24,535 bases of DNA from Promethearchaeota archaeon (GCA_048938295.1 JBHLMI010000033.1:1-24535); one strand, 5' to 3'. Shown: positions 1 to 8,682, counted from the stretch's first letter. Notes: generated by a model not told the origin, from the letters alone. Made by a program: numbers and translations.

Positions 1-74
1 GTCATATTCTCGAAATATTTCGAATCCTTGTTTGGAAATTCACCTTCTTTGCACGCCCAATCATATTGAACCAA
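1..74 (-). CDS. Possible 5' end of a gene running off the left edge (MVQYDWACKEGEFPNKDSKYFENM...)
   Basis: Manual minus-strand translation: AGGAG Shine-Dalgarno-like motif, TTG at 74, open frame to the window edge. Only 24 codons visible. Confidence 0.3.
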   Translation of the reverse strand, partial: MVQYDWACKEGEFPNKDSKYFENM

Positions 75-222
75 AATGTCACACTCCTAATATGCAGAAT
101 ACCCAACTCAGCAGTATAATTGCTTCCCATTTGTATCTGCAAATCCCAATAGTGAAGCCTATAGTTGTAATCTTCGGAAAAAAGAAAAACAGTGAAGGTA
201 CATTTTATCCGACGCTGGACTA

Positions 223-1086
223 ATGGCGATTATCATGTGTAAAATCTGCACAGCCCACGGTGGTGGCAAAAAGTGGTTCGAGGTCAAACGCCACGTCGAA
301 GTTAAATTCGCGAAAGAAATGGGCTTTGAACCCTGGGAAAAAGATCATTGGCACTACGTTCACCAGCAATATGCTCAACTAGCAGCTCAAGCTGGAGACT
401 CCATGGCAAATCCAGCGATGGCGGATAGCATTAGAAAAATGATGGATGACATGATCTTCTCGATTCATCCCCTCACGAAAGATGTTACATACACTTTTCC
501 ACAAGGACACGGGGCCCAGGTCCTTACACGGGAAGAAATCGAAGGGCTCATCAAGCTATCAGGAGAACCTTATCTAATTGAATGTCTTTGCCGAAAAATG
601 ATAAATGGTGCAAATGATCGGTGCTGCATTCCGCTAGGGCTGCATGGGGAAACCGCTGAAATGTTTCCCTCTAAGGACGAAAAAGTGGAACGCATAAGCG
701 TTGAGGAAGCCATAGCTCTAACTCGTAAATTCAACCAAGAAGGTCGTGTTCACACCCTTGCAGGAACACCGCTTCCCATGGCGATGGCTGTGTGCAACTG
801 TGAATTGCCTTACTGTATTGCTTTGCGTCCCCGAGTTGATATGGGGTTCAAATACATCATCCGAAGTCACTGGGTTGCCAAAGTTGATGTTGACAAATGT
901 TCAGGCTGCCGGGAATGCCTGTCCCGCTGTCAATTCGGTGCTGTGACCTTCTCAAATGCCACTGAACGTGCAAACATCGATATGTGGAAGTGTTACGGCT
1001 GTGGTCTTTGCTATGAGACATGTCCAGAAAAAGCGATTGAGCTCATCGAGCGGGAATCATTACCTGCATTAAAGGATTGGTGGTAA
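223..1086 (+). CDS. Cys-rich 4Fe-4S dicluster protein (287 aa), function unknown
   Basis: C-terminal CSGCRECLSRCQ and CYGCGLCYETCP ferredoxin motifs; further Cys motifs MCKICxxH, ECLCR, RCC, VCNCxxxxC. Start may be the ATG at 235. Confidence 0.85.
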   Translation: MAIIMCKICTAHGGGKKWFEVKRHVEVKFAKEMGFEPWEKDHWHYVHQQYAQLAAQAGDSMANPAMADSIRKMMDDMIFSIHPLTKDVTYTFPQGHGAQVLTREEIEGLIKLSGEPYLIECLCRKMINGANDRCCIPLGLHGETAEMFPSKDEKVERISVEEAIALTRKFNQEGRVHTLAGTPLPMAMAVCNCELPYCIALRPRVDMGFKYIIRSHWVAKVDVDKCSGCRECLSRCQFGAVTFSNATERANIDMWKCYGCGLCYETCPEKAIELIERESLPALKDWW

Positions 1087-1088
1087 CC

Positions 1089-1337
1089 ATGCAAAACTAC
1101 TACAAGGTGGAATGGAGTAGCGATCAGTGTCAAAACGCCATCAACTGTGCCCGCTGTCTTCGCGTTTGCCCACAAGCAGTATTTGCTCTATACGCGCCTA
1201 ACCGCGAAGAAGGGATTATCCCCACAGAATACGTGATTTCACCCGCCATGCAAATGTTCTGCAATGGTTGCAACGCCTGCGTAGAAGCATGTCCAAACGA
1301 TGCACTCAAAGTCTATGCCAAGAAAGAAGCACAGTAG
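1089..1337 (+). CDS. Ferredoxin-like 4Fe-4S protein (82 aa)
   Basis: CQNAINCARCLRVCP and CNGCNACVEACP motifs; ATG at 1089 lies 2 nt after the previous stop (track start 1077 overlaps the upstream gene). Confidence 0.85.
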   Translation: MQNYYKVEWSSDQCQNAINCARCLRVCPQAVFALYAPNREEGIIPTEYVISPAMQMFCNGCNACVEACPNDALKVYAKKEAQ

Positions 1338-1343
1338 GCTCAA

Positions 1344-1796
1344 TTAGAGCTTGAGCTCTTCAATTTTAGCAATGATTTCATCCACATGTCCGGTAACATT
1401 TACCTTAGGCCAGATGAACTGGATGACGCCTTCGCGATCAAGGAGAAAGGTCACCCGCTTGGCAATACCGGCAATTCCTTTCACACCATAGAGCTCCACG
1501 ATTTTTTTGTCGGCGTCCGCAATTAACGGAAATGATAGCTCATGTTTCACTTTGAATCCCGCCTGCCTCTTCACACTGTCGGTACTCACACCAACCACTT
1601 TGACACCCATCCCAGTGAGACGGATCATATTATCACGAAAAGAGCAGGCTTCCTTCGTGCAGCCCGGTGTGTACGCCTTCGGATAAAAGTACAAAACTAC
1701 GATGTTGCCTTTCAAGGAGTTTAACTCAAGTTTCGAATCATCATCAGTAATTCCAACAAAATTTGGGGCAACTTGCCCAACTTCAGGCATGCTCAT
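1344..1796 (-). CDS. bcp: Peroxiredoxin, BCP/PrxQ subfamily
   Basis: LYFYPKAYTPGCTKEACSFRD: PxxxTxxC peroxidatic motif with resolving Cys five residues on; thioredoxin-fold pattern. ATG 1796 preferred to GTG 1808. Confidence 0.93.
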   Translation of the reverse strand: MSMPEVGQVAPNFVGITDDDSKLELNSLKGNIVVLYFYPKAYTPGCTKEACSFRDNMIRLTGMGVKVVGVSTDSVKRQAGFKVKHELSFPLIADADKKIVELYGVKGIAGIAKRVTFLLDREGVIQFIWPKVNVTGHVDEIIAKIEELKL

Positions 1797-1864
1797 TAGA
1801 ACGACCACGTTCTTGCAAGAACTAACCTTACTTATTATTCGTTACGCTATTCTTAGAAACCTGT

Positions 1865-2584
1865 TTATATTGATCTAAACTGGCTCTTGCTGGCTCCGCA
1901 CACGGGGCAAACCCAATCATCTGGGATGTCCTCAAAAGGAGTACCTGCTGGAATACCGTGATCTGGGTCTCCTACTTCTGGGTCGTAGATCCATTGGCAG
2001 ACTTCACACTGATACCTGCCTGACTTTTTAGGTGCAGAAGTAGGTTCAATACTTGGCGAAATGTAGGTGGCTGCTCGTTTGGAGGTCTTTCCCCCTTTCA
2101 CCTGGTGATAATACTCGTATGTTAGAGGAGTGCCGTCTTTCAGGCGTTTGGTGATCTTGACCTCGCCAATGAAAATAGTGTGTGTGTCAACATCAATGTG
2201 ATCAGTGACCTTCACTTCAAGGTATGCAAGCGCGTTATCAACCACCACCGGACAGCTGTTGATGCCCTCTAAATGTGTGACATCTTTCATCTTATCCACT
2301 TCACGCCCAGACCGAAATCCAAACCGTCCAATAAAAGCCAACGGTGTTTTCTCATCTAGAATTGAAACTGAAAACATACGACTTTGGGAAATGAGTTCGT
2401 GGGTCAAATTCTCCTTGTTAATGCTTACGGCAATTCGCGGAGGAGTCGCTGTGATTTGGAAAACGGTGTTTACAATTTGACCATTAATCTTATCGCCTGC
2501 TTTTGCTGCCACAACGTACATCCCATAGCTGAGAAGGTACAGCACTGACATATCCAACTCTGAATCCACTTTACCAAACTCCAT
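1865..2584 (-). CDS. Flavin reductase-like domain fused to C-terminal rubredoxin (high-molecular-weight rubredoxin type)
   Basis: LSYGMYVV...[27 protein letters not shown]-like [11 protein letters not shown]; C-terminal [10 protein letters not shown]...[15 protein letters not shown] rubredoxin. Confidence 0.9.
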   Translation of the reverse strand: MEFGKVDSELDMSVLYLLSYGMYVVAAKAGDKINGQIVNTVFQITATPPRIAVSINKENLTHELISQSRMFSVSILDEKTPLAFIGRFGFRSGREVDKMKDVTHLEGINSCPVVVDNALAYLEVKVTDHIDVDTHTIFIGEVKITKRLKDGTPLTYEYYHQVKGGKTSKRAATYISPSIEPTSAPKKSGRYQCEVCQWIYDPEVGDPDHGIPAGTPFEDIPDDWVCPVCGASKSQFRSI

Positions 2585-2611
2585 CCGGAAATTTTGGGAA
2601 ATTAAACTGCA

Positions 2612-2824
2612 CTAATTCTTGGGTTCAATCATATAATTGCAGTCTTTGATGATATAGGTGAATTGCTTAATCATCCGTAAGGCTTCTTGATAGCTTATGA
2701 CACGTTGACTAGCACTTGTTTCGAGTAGCTCATCGATACCTAGACTCAACTCAGTCGCCTTTTCTTTCTTCAGATGCACTCGATGTGGCTTACAATTATT
2801 CAAGAGAGGATTTACTTTAGTCAT
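2612..2824 (-). pseudogene. Small ORF (70 aa), hypothetical or a gene remnant
   Basis: 3' part of track ORF 2612..3256; ATG 2824 preceded by GGTTGAT; segment VISYQEALRMIK..YIIKDC resembles VLTREEIEGLIK..YLIEC of 223..1086. Confidence 0.3.
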
Positions 2825-2976
2825 ATGTATCATCAACCAACCGTGTGCTGGTAACTGGTGTGATCTGGGGCTCTTTTGTTTGGGGTTGATGTCTCCCAGT
2901 AATATATGGAGGCTATTTATCCTTTCTGAGAATGCCAAGGAGAGACTAATTGGAGGAAGGGGGGTTGCCCGTAGCC

Positions 2977-2984
2977 TTTTTATA
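2977..2984 (+). promoter_or_regulatory. TATA-box-like element upstream of the SSB gene
   Basis: TTTTTATA in the divergent intergenic region, ~135 nt before ATG 3119. Confidence 0.4.
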
Positions 2985-3118
2985 GTCGAATTGGTTTGGG
3001 GAGAGAAGCAGGTCCCATATTCCGAATCGTTTTCTCTTGTGGCTACCTCACATTGCGGCAGACCCCAAGGAAGGATTTGTATTGGAAACCTGGTAACTGA
3101 AGCAACGTGGTACCGAAA

Positions 3119-3622
3119 ATGAGCTATGATCGAGAGCCTGTAGAGGCTACAGTCGCAGAACTGCGACCTTTTATGAAAAGTTTGAACATCACCTTCAAGG
3201 TCATCGAAAAGGGTGAAGAACGCGAAGTAACTTCCCGACGTGACGGCGAAACACACCGTGTGGTTGATGCAACCGCAGGTGACGCAACTGGAACAGTACT
3301 CTTGAGTCTTTGGGACGATAACATTGACGCGGTCGAAGTCGACAAGACTTTCCGATTAGAAAAAGGCTATACTAGCCTATTTCAGGGACACCTCCGTTTG
3401 AACATTGGCCGATACGGAGAAATCAGTGAAGCCAAAGATGCCATCGAAGAAGTTGATGCTGAAAACGATATGTCGGCTACAGAACACGAGCAACCCCAAT
3501 ATCGACGACGAAGTTTTGGCGGACGCGGTGGCGGTGGATACCGGCGTGACCGGGGTGACCGGGGTGACCGGGGTGACCGGGGTGACCGTGGAGGTCGCGG
3601 TGACCGTGGTCGTCGCTACTAA
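3119..3622 (+). CDS. ssb: Single-stranded DNA-binding protein, single OB fold (Sulfolobus SSB/RPA type), Arg/Gly-rich tail
   Basis: VVDATAGDATGTVLLSLW...GYTSLFQGHLRLNIGRYG OB-fold pattern, acidic linker, RG-rich C-terminus. ATG 3119 preferred to GTG 3107. Confidence 0.88.
   Translation: MSYDREPVEATVAELRPFMKSLNITFKVIEKGEEREVTSRRDGETHRVVDATAGDATGTVLLSLWDDNIDAVEVDKTFRLEKGYTSLFQGHLRLNIGRYGEISEAKDAIEEVDAENDMSATEHEQPQYRRRSFGGRGGGGYRRDRGDRGDRGDRGDRGGRGDRGRRY
3546..3590 (+). repeat. In-frame 9-bp tandem repeat, (GTGACCGGG)x4 plus one GTGACCGTG, encoding (DRG)n
   Basis: Read directly: units start at 3546, 3555, 3564, 3573, 3582. Confidence 0.95.
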
Positions 3623-3660
3623 GTTTTCCTACCTCTTCTTGGCGGCCTTCACGTTTAATT

Positions 3661-4221
3661 TTAGCGCGTGAAGGACCTCCTTCCTATTTTTTTATCGTCA
3701 ATCCTGTCGATTACATCTATCAAAGCCTGCGGTGAAGCCTCTGCCAAGAATAGTTTAAAACCCGTCTCATCTAAACGACTGCCTGATCTCTGAAATTCAA
3801 GGTGAGTAAAATAAAACTGCTGGGCGCGTACATCAAGTGAACTCACTGTAGCTGTAATCCACCCAATCTGATGACGTAATCCATACTGGGCTAGATGGTA
3901 GAGTAGTAGGCTTCCCATTCCTTGACGTGGTGGGATTGCACAAATGAATCGAATAACAAGTTCCGATGACTGATGATAAAAGTCGAGAAGTCCCTTTATG
4001 ACGTTATTTTTCATAGCCAGCCAAATGATGCGCTTTTGTTCATCGTGAAGGACAATTTGCAAATGAACCTCAAGCGCTTCAACCAATTCTTTTAATGGTT
4101 CAGTCGATCCAGGAGGTGTTTCCATCAATAACCCCTGGGCATAGATACGTGCTGCCTGCTTGAGATTATTCTTTGAAAGGGGCCTGATCTCCACAGATGA
4201 CGGTAAAGAAATTAACAACAC
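3661..4221 (-). CDS. GNAT-family N-acetyltransferase
   Basis: EIRPL...IY N-terminus, LVIRFICAIPPRQGMGSLLL acetyl-CoA motif A (R/QxxGxG), AQQFY motif B. Start codon uncertain. Confidence 0.75.
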   Translation of the reverse strand: MLLISLPSSVEIRPLSKNNLKQAARIYAQGLLMETPPGSTEPLKELVEALEVHLQIVLHDEQKRIIWLAMKNNVIKGLLDFYHQSSELVIRFICAIPPRQGMGSLLLYHLAQYGLRHQIGWITATVSSLDVRAQQFYFTHLEFQRSGSRLDETGFKLFLAEASPQALIDVIDRIDDKKIGRRSFTR

Positions 4222-4355
4222 CCCGCCTACGCTTTTTCTAGTGCTATCAGAATATGTGCTCCTCGAACAGTCACTCTACTTAAGATGTACGGATACTAGC
4301 AAACAATTAACTCTCTCATCTTCTGTTACTTCACATGTAGGAAGTGGTGCCTTCA

Positions 4356-4691
4356 ATGCCTATTGATCGAACCTTCCAAACCACTTGGAAGCAAACCGAT
4401 GCTCATCAAAACCATTCAGTTTGGCAATCAAAAACATCGGAACTGGGCATCCATGGGACACGGGTCGCCGTGGATTTCGATGAATGCACAGGCTGTATGA
4501 AGTGCTTGAAAGTATGTCCTGAAGAAGTCTTTGAGCTATTGGAGTTATCCTCTAGCCTCCTAAAAGCCGACCCAGTAAATGAGTCCGCCTGCCTTGACTG
4601 TCTAGCCTGTGAGCTTGTTTGCCCCGAAGAAGCAATTTTCATCGTGCGAAAACCACAAGAATCGGATACCTTAAGCGCTTTATTGGATTAA
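4356..4691 (+). CDS. zfx: Zinc-containing ferredoxin (Zfx type), predicted 2x[4Fe-4S]
   Basis: PID..F...HQNH.VW...LGIHGT.VAVDFD.C and KADPVNE.AC match Sulfolobus/Thermoplasma zinc-ferredoxin; CTGCMKC...CP and CLDCLAC...CP. Confidence 0.82.
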   Translation: MPIDRTFQTTWKQTDAHQNHSVWQSKTSELGIHGTRVAVDFDECTGCMKCLKVCPEEVFELLELSSSLLKADPVNESACLDCLACELVCPEEAIFIVRKPQESDTLSALLD

Positions 4692-4741
4692 CACCCATAA
4701 GGACATCACTCACTTCAATAATCTAAGAGGAAGGTGCATAG

Positions 4742-6007
4742 ATGTTTGATGTATTACTAACCGATACTGAAAGACAGCTTCGTGATGAAGTCCGGGCATT
4801 TGTCCGTGACAAAATCGATCCCAATCTCATTATCCGTATGGATGGAAACGAGCAAGAATATCCCTATGATTTTATCAAATCAGCCACAAAATCGAATTTA
4901 ATCGGATTAAGATTTCCCAAAGAGTATGATGGACGTGGTCTTAATTGGGTCTCCGAAATGCTGGCCATCGAAGAAATCGGCGTATTAGGTATCGCCTTAG
5001 GCTGTGCATATTCCCTTCCAAGCATTGTTGGTGAAGCCATCAATATTTTCGGAACAGAAGATCAGAAAAAGACGTATCTTGCTCCCACGCTATGCGGAGA
5101 AAAGATTTGTGCCGAAGGGTTAACTGAACCCCGAGGTGGTTCCGATTTCTTTGGAACGATTACATCCGCCATTCCTCAAGGTGACCATTATATCATTAAT
5201 GGTGAGAAACGGTTCGTCGCTGGCGGCATTGGGGCGGACTACTTCCTGATTTATGCAAAAACAAATACCAAAGCCCCGCCACATCGGTCGATGAGTGTCT
5301 TTCTCGTCGATCGGGAGATGGGCGTAGAAGTGGACGAGCATTATAGCCTCATGGGTTGTCGTGGAATGGGTGCAGCTCGTATCGTCATGAAGGATATTGA
5401 AGTCCCCAAAGAGAACCTTATAGGCGAACTTGACAGCGCCACCGATATTTTCAACGCCATGATGGTACCAGAGCGACTTACTTCTGCAGCTGGGGCTATT
5501 GGTCTCGGGCGAGCGGCTTTAGAACTTGCTATTCGTTATGCAGCCCGACGTGAAGCCTTTGGGCACACCATCAGTCGTTATCAGGGCATAAGTTTCAAAA
5601 TCGCCGACTGCACTACAGCACTAGATGCAGCACGTGGGCTAGTTTACCGGGCAGCCCGACTCGCCGATGCAGGACAACCAAGTCGGAAAGCTGTGTCCCA
5701 GGCCAAGCTCTTCGCCACCGAAACCTGCTATCAAACTGTATCCGACTCTATGCAGATTCTTGGAGGAATCGGCTATACTGATGTCTATCCCATCGAACGG
5801 CTGTTTCGCGATGCACGCCTCGCAACAATTTGGACAGGAAGTAGTGAAATCATGCGATTAATCATTCAAAGTGATACTTTCAAAGAAGTTCTAAAAGAGG
5901 CAAAAGGCACAAAGCGCGATTTAGAGTTGGATACACCAGGAGCTAATAAAACTGTTGAGAAAGTATACCGGGAGGATCCAGAGAAATATTTCACGAAGAA
6001 AAATTAG
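4742..6007 (+). CDS. Acyl-CoA dehydrogenase family protein
   Basis: GLTEPRGGSD, INGEKRFV, REAFG, QILGGIGY, ERLFRDAR motifs; GGTG Shine-Dalgarno-like motif upstream. Confidence 0.95.
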   Translation: MFDVLLTDTERQLRDEVRAFVRDKIDPNLIIRMDGNEQEYPYDFIKSATKSNLIGLRFPKEYDGRGLNWVSEMLAIEEIGVLGIALGCAYSLPSIVGEAINIFGTEDQKKTYLAPTLCGEKICAEGLTEPRGGSDFFGTITSAIPQGDHYIINGEKRFVAGGIGADYFLIYAKTNTKAPPHRSMSVFLVDREMGVEVDEHYSLMGCRGMGAARIVMKDIEVPKENLIGELDSATDIFNAMMVPERLTSAAGAIGLGRAALELAIRYAARREAFGHTISRYQGISFKIADCTTALDAARGLVYRAARLADAGQPSRKAVSQAKLFATETCYQTVSDSMQILGGIGYTDVYPIERLFRDARLATIWTGSSEIMRLIIQSDTFKEVLKEAKGTKRDLELDTPGANKTVEKVYREDPEKYFTKKN

Positions 6008-6010
6008 CTT

Positions 6011-7000
6011 CTAACTTAGTGAAAAATAGAACACTTCTTTCTGGTGTTGTCTTGTACTAATTTGGTTGGTTCGACGAAGCTGCGAAATTAAAAACGCCAG
6101 TGAATGAATAGGAATATCTAGCGACTGAGACAAATCTTTGAGTCGGCAAGGTCGACGTTGAAGCATGCTGAGTAATTCTGTTCGAAGTGATTGATGAGAT
6201 TTCCAAGAGGCTGTTTGTTTTCGTGCGTCGTGGATACCATAAATCCAAATCCGTTCTGATGCATAGAAGTCTCGTAGATTTGATGCAAAATTTACCAACT
6301 CAGTTGTAGAAATGGGTTCAACAAGGTCATTGCTAGTCGGTCGCCAAGGAGTATAAAGCTGAATGAAATCTGCAACCGATGCTACTCTCTTTAATTCGCC
6401 TAGCAAAGATTCCCCAGCTTTGCCATCTACATTCGAAAAACCTGAAACTATTCTTAGTAACATAACTTCAAGAGCAATCGTAACAGAACTCGCCTTTCTA
6501 AGTTTTTGGATGCCTTTCACTAATTGATTATGCTCGAATGATGCAAACGGTCTATTAATTATTCGATGCGTCTTATCGTCCCCCGCATCGAACTTAATCG
6601 TCACAATATCAAACTCCTTTAGATTCTTCAAAATGGACCGATTCCCAAGCAACGACCCATTAGTTAATAATACAACAGGTATACCAGAAACCTGTTCACG
6701 GATTTGTTTCACCATTGATGCCAAACCTAAGTTAATGGTGGGTTCGCCAGAACCTGAAAACGTCACCACATCTAAACTTTCCACAGAAAGTTGTCGAAGA
6801 TATTGCTCAAGGTCATTTCGGAGCATATTTACATCAGGTAATTCGTGTTGCCATCTAGAGATGTCCTTAACTGGAGTTTTGGTTGATCCCAGCTGGCAAT
6901 AAACACAATTGAACGTACATCTTTTGGGTGGTGGAACAGCATCAATGCCTAAGGATCTTCCAAAGCGCCACGACATCACAGGTCCGTAGACTAAACCCAT
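6011..7000 (-). CDS. Radical SAM protein (COG0731-like) with C-terminal winged-helix-like segment
   Basis: YGPV.SWRFGRSLGID, CTFNCVYC (CxxxCxxC), TFSGSGEPT, LLTNGSLL; C-terminal LLSMLQRRPC..KDLS. Confidence 0.92.
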   Translation of the reverse strand: MGLVYGPVMSWRFGRSLGIDAVPPPKRCTFNCVYCQLGSTKTPVKDISRWQHELPDVNMLRNDLEQYLRQLSVESLDVVTFSGSGEPTINLGLASMVKQIREQVSGIPVVLLTNGSLLGNRSILKNLKEFDIVTIKFDAGDDKTHRIINRPFASFEHNQLVKGIQKLRKASSVTIALEVMLLRIVSGFSNVDGKAGESLLGELKRVASVADFIQLYTPWRPTSNDLVEPISTTELVNFASNLRDFYASERIWIYGIHDARKQTASWKSHQSLRTELLSMLQRRPCRLKDLSQSLDIPIHSLAFLISQLRRTNQISTRQHQKEVFYFSLS

Positions 7001-7042
7001 ATCTCCTTGCCCTTCTCAAATCCCCATGAAACCATCTCAGCA

Positions 7043-7363
7043 TTAATCATCGACAGGTCTATTTTCTTTCACAACTATGGTGAGTGGACGGTTCTCCGTT
7101 AACGCTGTAATCACTTTCTTTCGTCCGCTCTGAAGAAGCCGCCATACGGTTCCTCTCGAAACACCCATCTTTTTTCCTGCATCTTTTTGTTCAAGACTAA
7201 GCTTATCAACAAGTCGCATTGCCTCAAGTTCTGATGCAAAAAGCTGTATTGGGAGTGTGTTCTTGACCTCGGTAGGAATAAATGAAATCGGTGCAGGTAT
7301 TTCTCCCAAACTAACTGGCTTTGGCGGACGACCCCGACCCCGCCATCCACGACGATATCTCAT
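7043..7363 (-). CDS. DUF134 family HTH protein (copy 1)
   Basis: GRPPKP, ELEAMRLVDKLSLEQKDAGKKMGVSRGTVWRLLQSGRKKV pattern typical of DUF134. Confidence 0.9.
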   Translation of the reverse strand: MRYRRGWRGRGRPPKPVSLGEIPAPISFIPTEVKNTLPIQLFASELEAMRLVDKLSLEQKDAGKKMGVSRGTVWRLLQSGRKKVITALTENRPLTIVVKENRPVDD

Positions 7364-7395
7364 TTTAATTCACCATGAACTGCACATCGGATAGC

Positions 7396-7403
7396 TTTAT
7401 ATA
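7396..7403. promoter_or_regulatory. Near-symmetric TATA-like box between divergent genes
   Basis: TTTATATA between the starts at 7363 (-) and 7464 (+). Confidence 0.5.
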
Positions 7404-7407
7404 TTTC

Positions 7408-7447
7408 TGTGCATAAACACAAAATAGTTGTGTGCATAAACACAAAA
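7408..7447. promoter_or_regulatory. 17-bp direct repeat pair (TGTGCATAAACACAAAA), putative operator
   Basis: Exact copies at 7408-7424 and 7431-7447, each holding a TGTG-N6-CACA dyad, directly downstream of the TATA-like box. Confidence 0.7.
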
Positions 7448-7463
7448 AGAGGTGATAACCCAA

Positions 7464-7760
7464 ATGTGGCAACGAGGTAATCGAGGACGTGGACGCGGTC
7501 AAGGACGAAATCAGGGTCAATGGCCAGGAAATGGCCCTTTCTCACACTTACCACCATGGCAACGTCCAGGATGGCTCTATGGGCCTGGTAGCTGTTGGTA
7601 TGCAAACCCACAACAGCAAAATCAGCAAACAGACTCGGAACCAACCCCTCCCCTCCCAAACCAATTCACAACCGGTATAAACTTCTGCACCAAATGCAGT
7701 GCCCCCTTACCAATTAATGCCAACTATTGTCCAAGCTGTGGGATACAAGTTAGAAAATAA
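7464..7760 (+). CDS. Small protein: RG-rich N-terminus, GNGPFSHLPPWQRPGW motif, C-terminal zinc ribbon
   Basis: GAGGTGA Shine-Dalgarno at 7449-7455 before ATG 7464; CTKC...CPSCG zinc ribbon. Confidence 0.75.
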   Translation: MWQRGNRGRGRGQGRNQGQWPGNGPFSHLPPWQRPGWLYGPGSCWYANPQQQNQQTDSEPTPPLPNQFTTGINFCTKCSAPLPINANYCPSCGIQVRK

Positions 7761-7803
7761 CATCTGCCACTCTAGATGGTCTGAATCTAATACAAGTGAT
7801 CCA

Positions 7804-8682
7804 TCAATCTACATTATGAGCATCAAGCTGTTGCTCGATCTTTTTCCAGATCTTTTCTAAATTCTTAGAAAGGCTATTCGATGGAGCATATTCAACAATC
7901 GAGCAGCCCGATACGACAGCTTTGTACATGATGGTATCATAATTCAATTCCCCTACAATGGGTATTCCATTTTGTGTACAATATTTCACAATTTCACGTG
8001 TTTTTTGGTGATTCAAATCGGCTTTATTAATTAGAACCATAGCTGGAATGCGAAAATGCTGGAACAGATTCAGGACACGTTCGAGGTCATGAATGGCTGC
8101 TACCGTTGGCTCTGTAACAACCAGCCCAGCTGACGATCCAGTAATTGCAGATATCGCTGCACAAGCTATACCAGGCGGACCATCAATTATGATAAGGTCT
8201 TTATTATAGTCCAAGGCCAATTTTGAAGCAAGTTCGCGAACACGCGTAACTAACTTTCCAGAATTACTCTCACCTGCAAGTAAAAGAGCATGAGCCATCG
8301 GACCATACTTTGTTTCAGAGGTGTAAATATACCCTGAAAGTCGCTCCTTCATCACAATAGCATTGTATGGACAACTGATATGACAGACACCACATCCTTC
8401 ACACATAATTGGATCAACCCGAAAATCTGGTGTGATTGCATCGAACTTACACACCCTTTCACAGACACCACAGCTCCTACATAATTCAGGATCAATAACC
8501 GCGACTTTTACCTCGACAAATTCTTCAGAAGATTTAATCTCTGGCGCTAGAAGCAAATGTAAATTCGGCGCATCGACATCACAATCAGCTAAGATTGCAT
8601 TAGGGGCTAAAGCTGCCAACGATGCCGTAATCGACGTCTTTCCTGTTCCACCTTTTCCACTTACTATGACCAGTTCGTTCAT
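7804..8682 (-). CDS. MinD/ParA-superfamily P-loop ATPase with inserted ferredoxin (COG1149-like), copy A
   Basis: SGKGGTGKT deviant Walker A, DCDVDAPNLH, CRSCGVCERVC and CEGCGVCHISC, IIDGPPG; ATG 8682 overlaps the upstream TAA (TAATG). Confidence 0.93.
   Translation of the reverse strand: MNELVIVSGKGGTGKTSITASLAALAPNAILADCDVDAPNLHLLLAPEIKSSEEFVEVKVAVIDPELCRSCGVCERVCKFDAITPDFRVDPIMCEGCGVCHISCPYNAIVMKERLSGYIYTSETKYGPMAHALLLAGESNSGKLVTRVRELASKLALDYNKDLIIIDGPPGIACAAISAITGSSAGLVVTEPTVAAIHDLERVLNLFQHFRIPAMVLINKADLNHQKTREIVKYCTQNGIPIVGELNYDTIMYKAVVSGCSIVEYAPSNSLSKNLEKIWKKIEQQLDAHNVD

Noticed and set aside
2825-3256. 5' portion of track ORF 2612..3256, and ORF 2880..3122
   Set aside because: Overlap the ssb gene or its promoter region and show no recognisable protein features.
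3546-3610. RGD integrin-binding motifs
   Set aside because: The protein is a cytoplasmic SSB; RGD arises from the DRG repeat register.
7408-7447. CRISPR mini-array
   Set aside because: Two 17-bp units with a 6-bp spacer, far from CRISPR dimensions; no cas genes.
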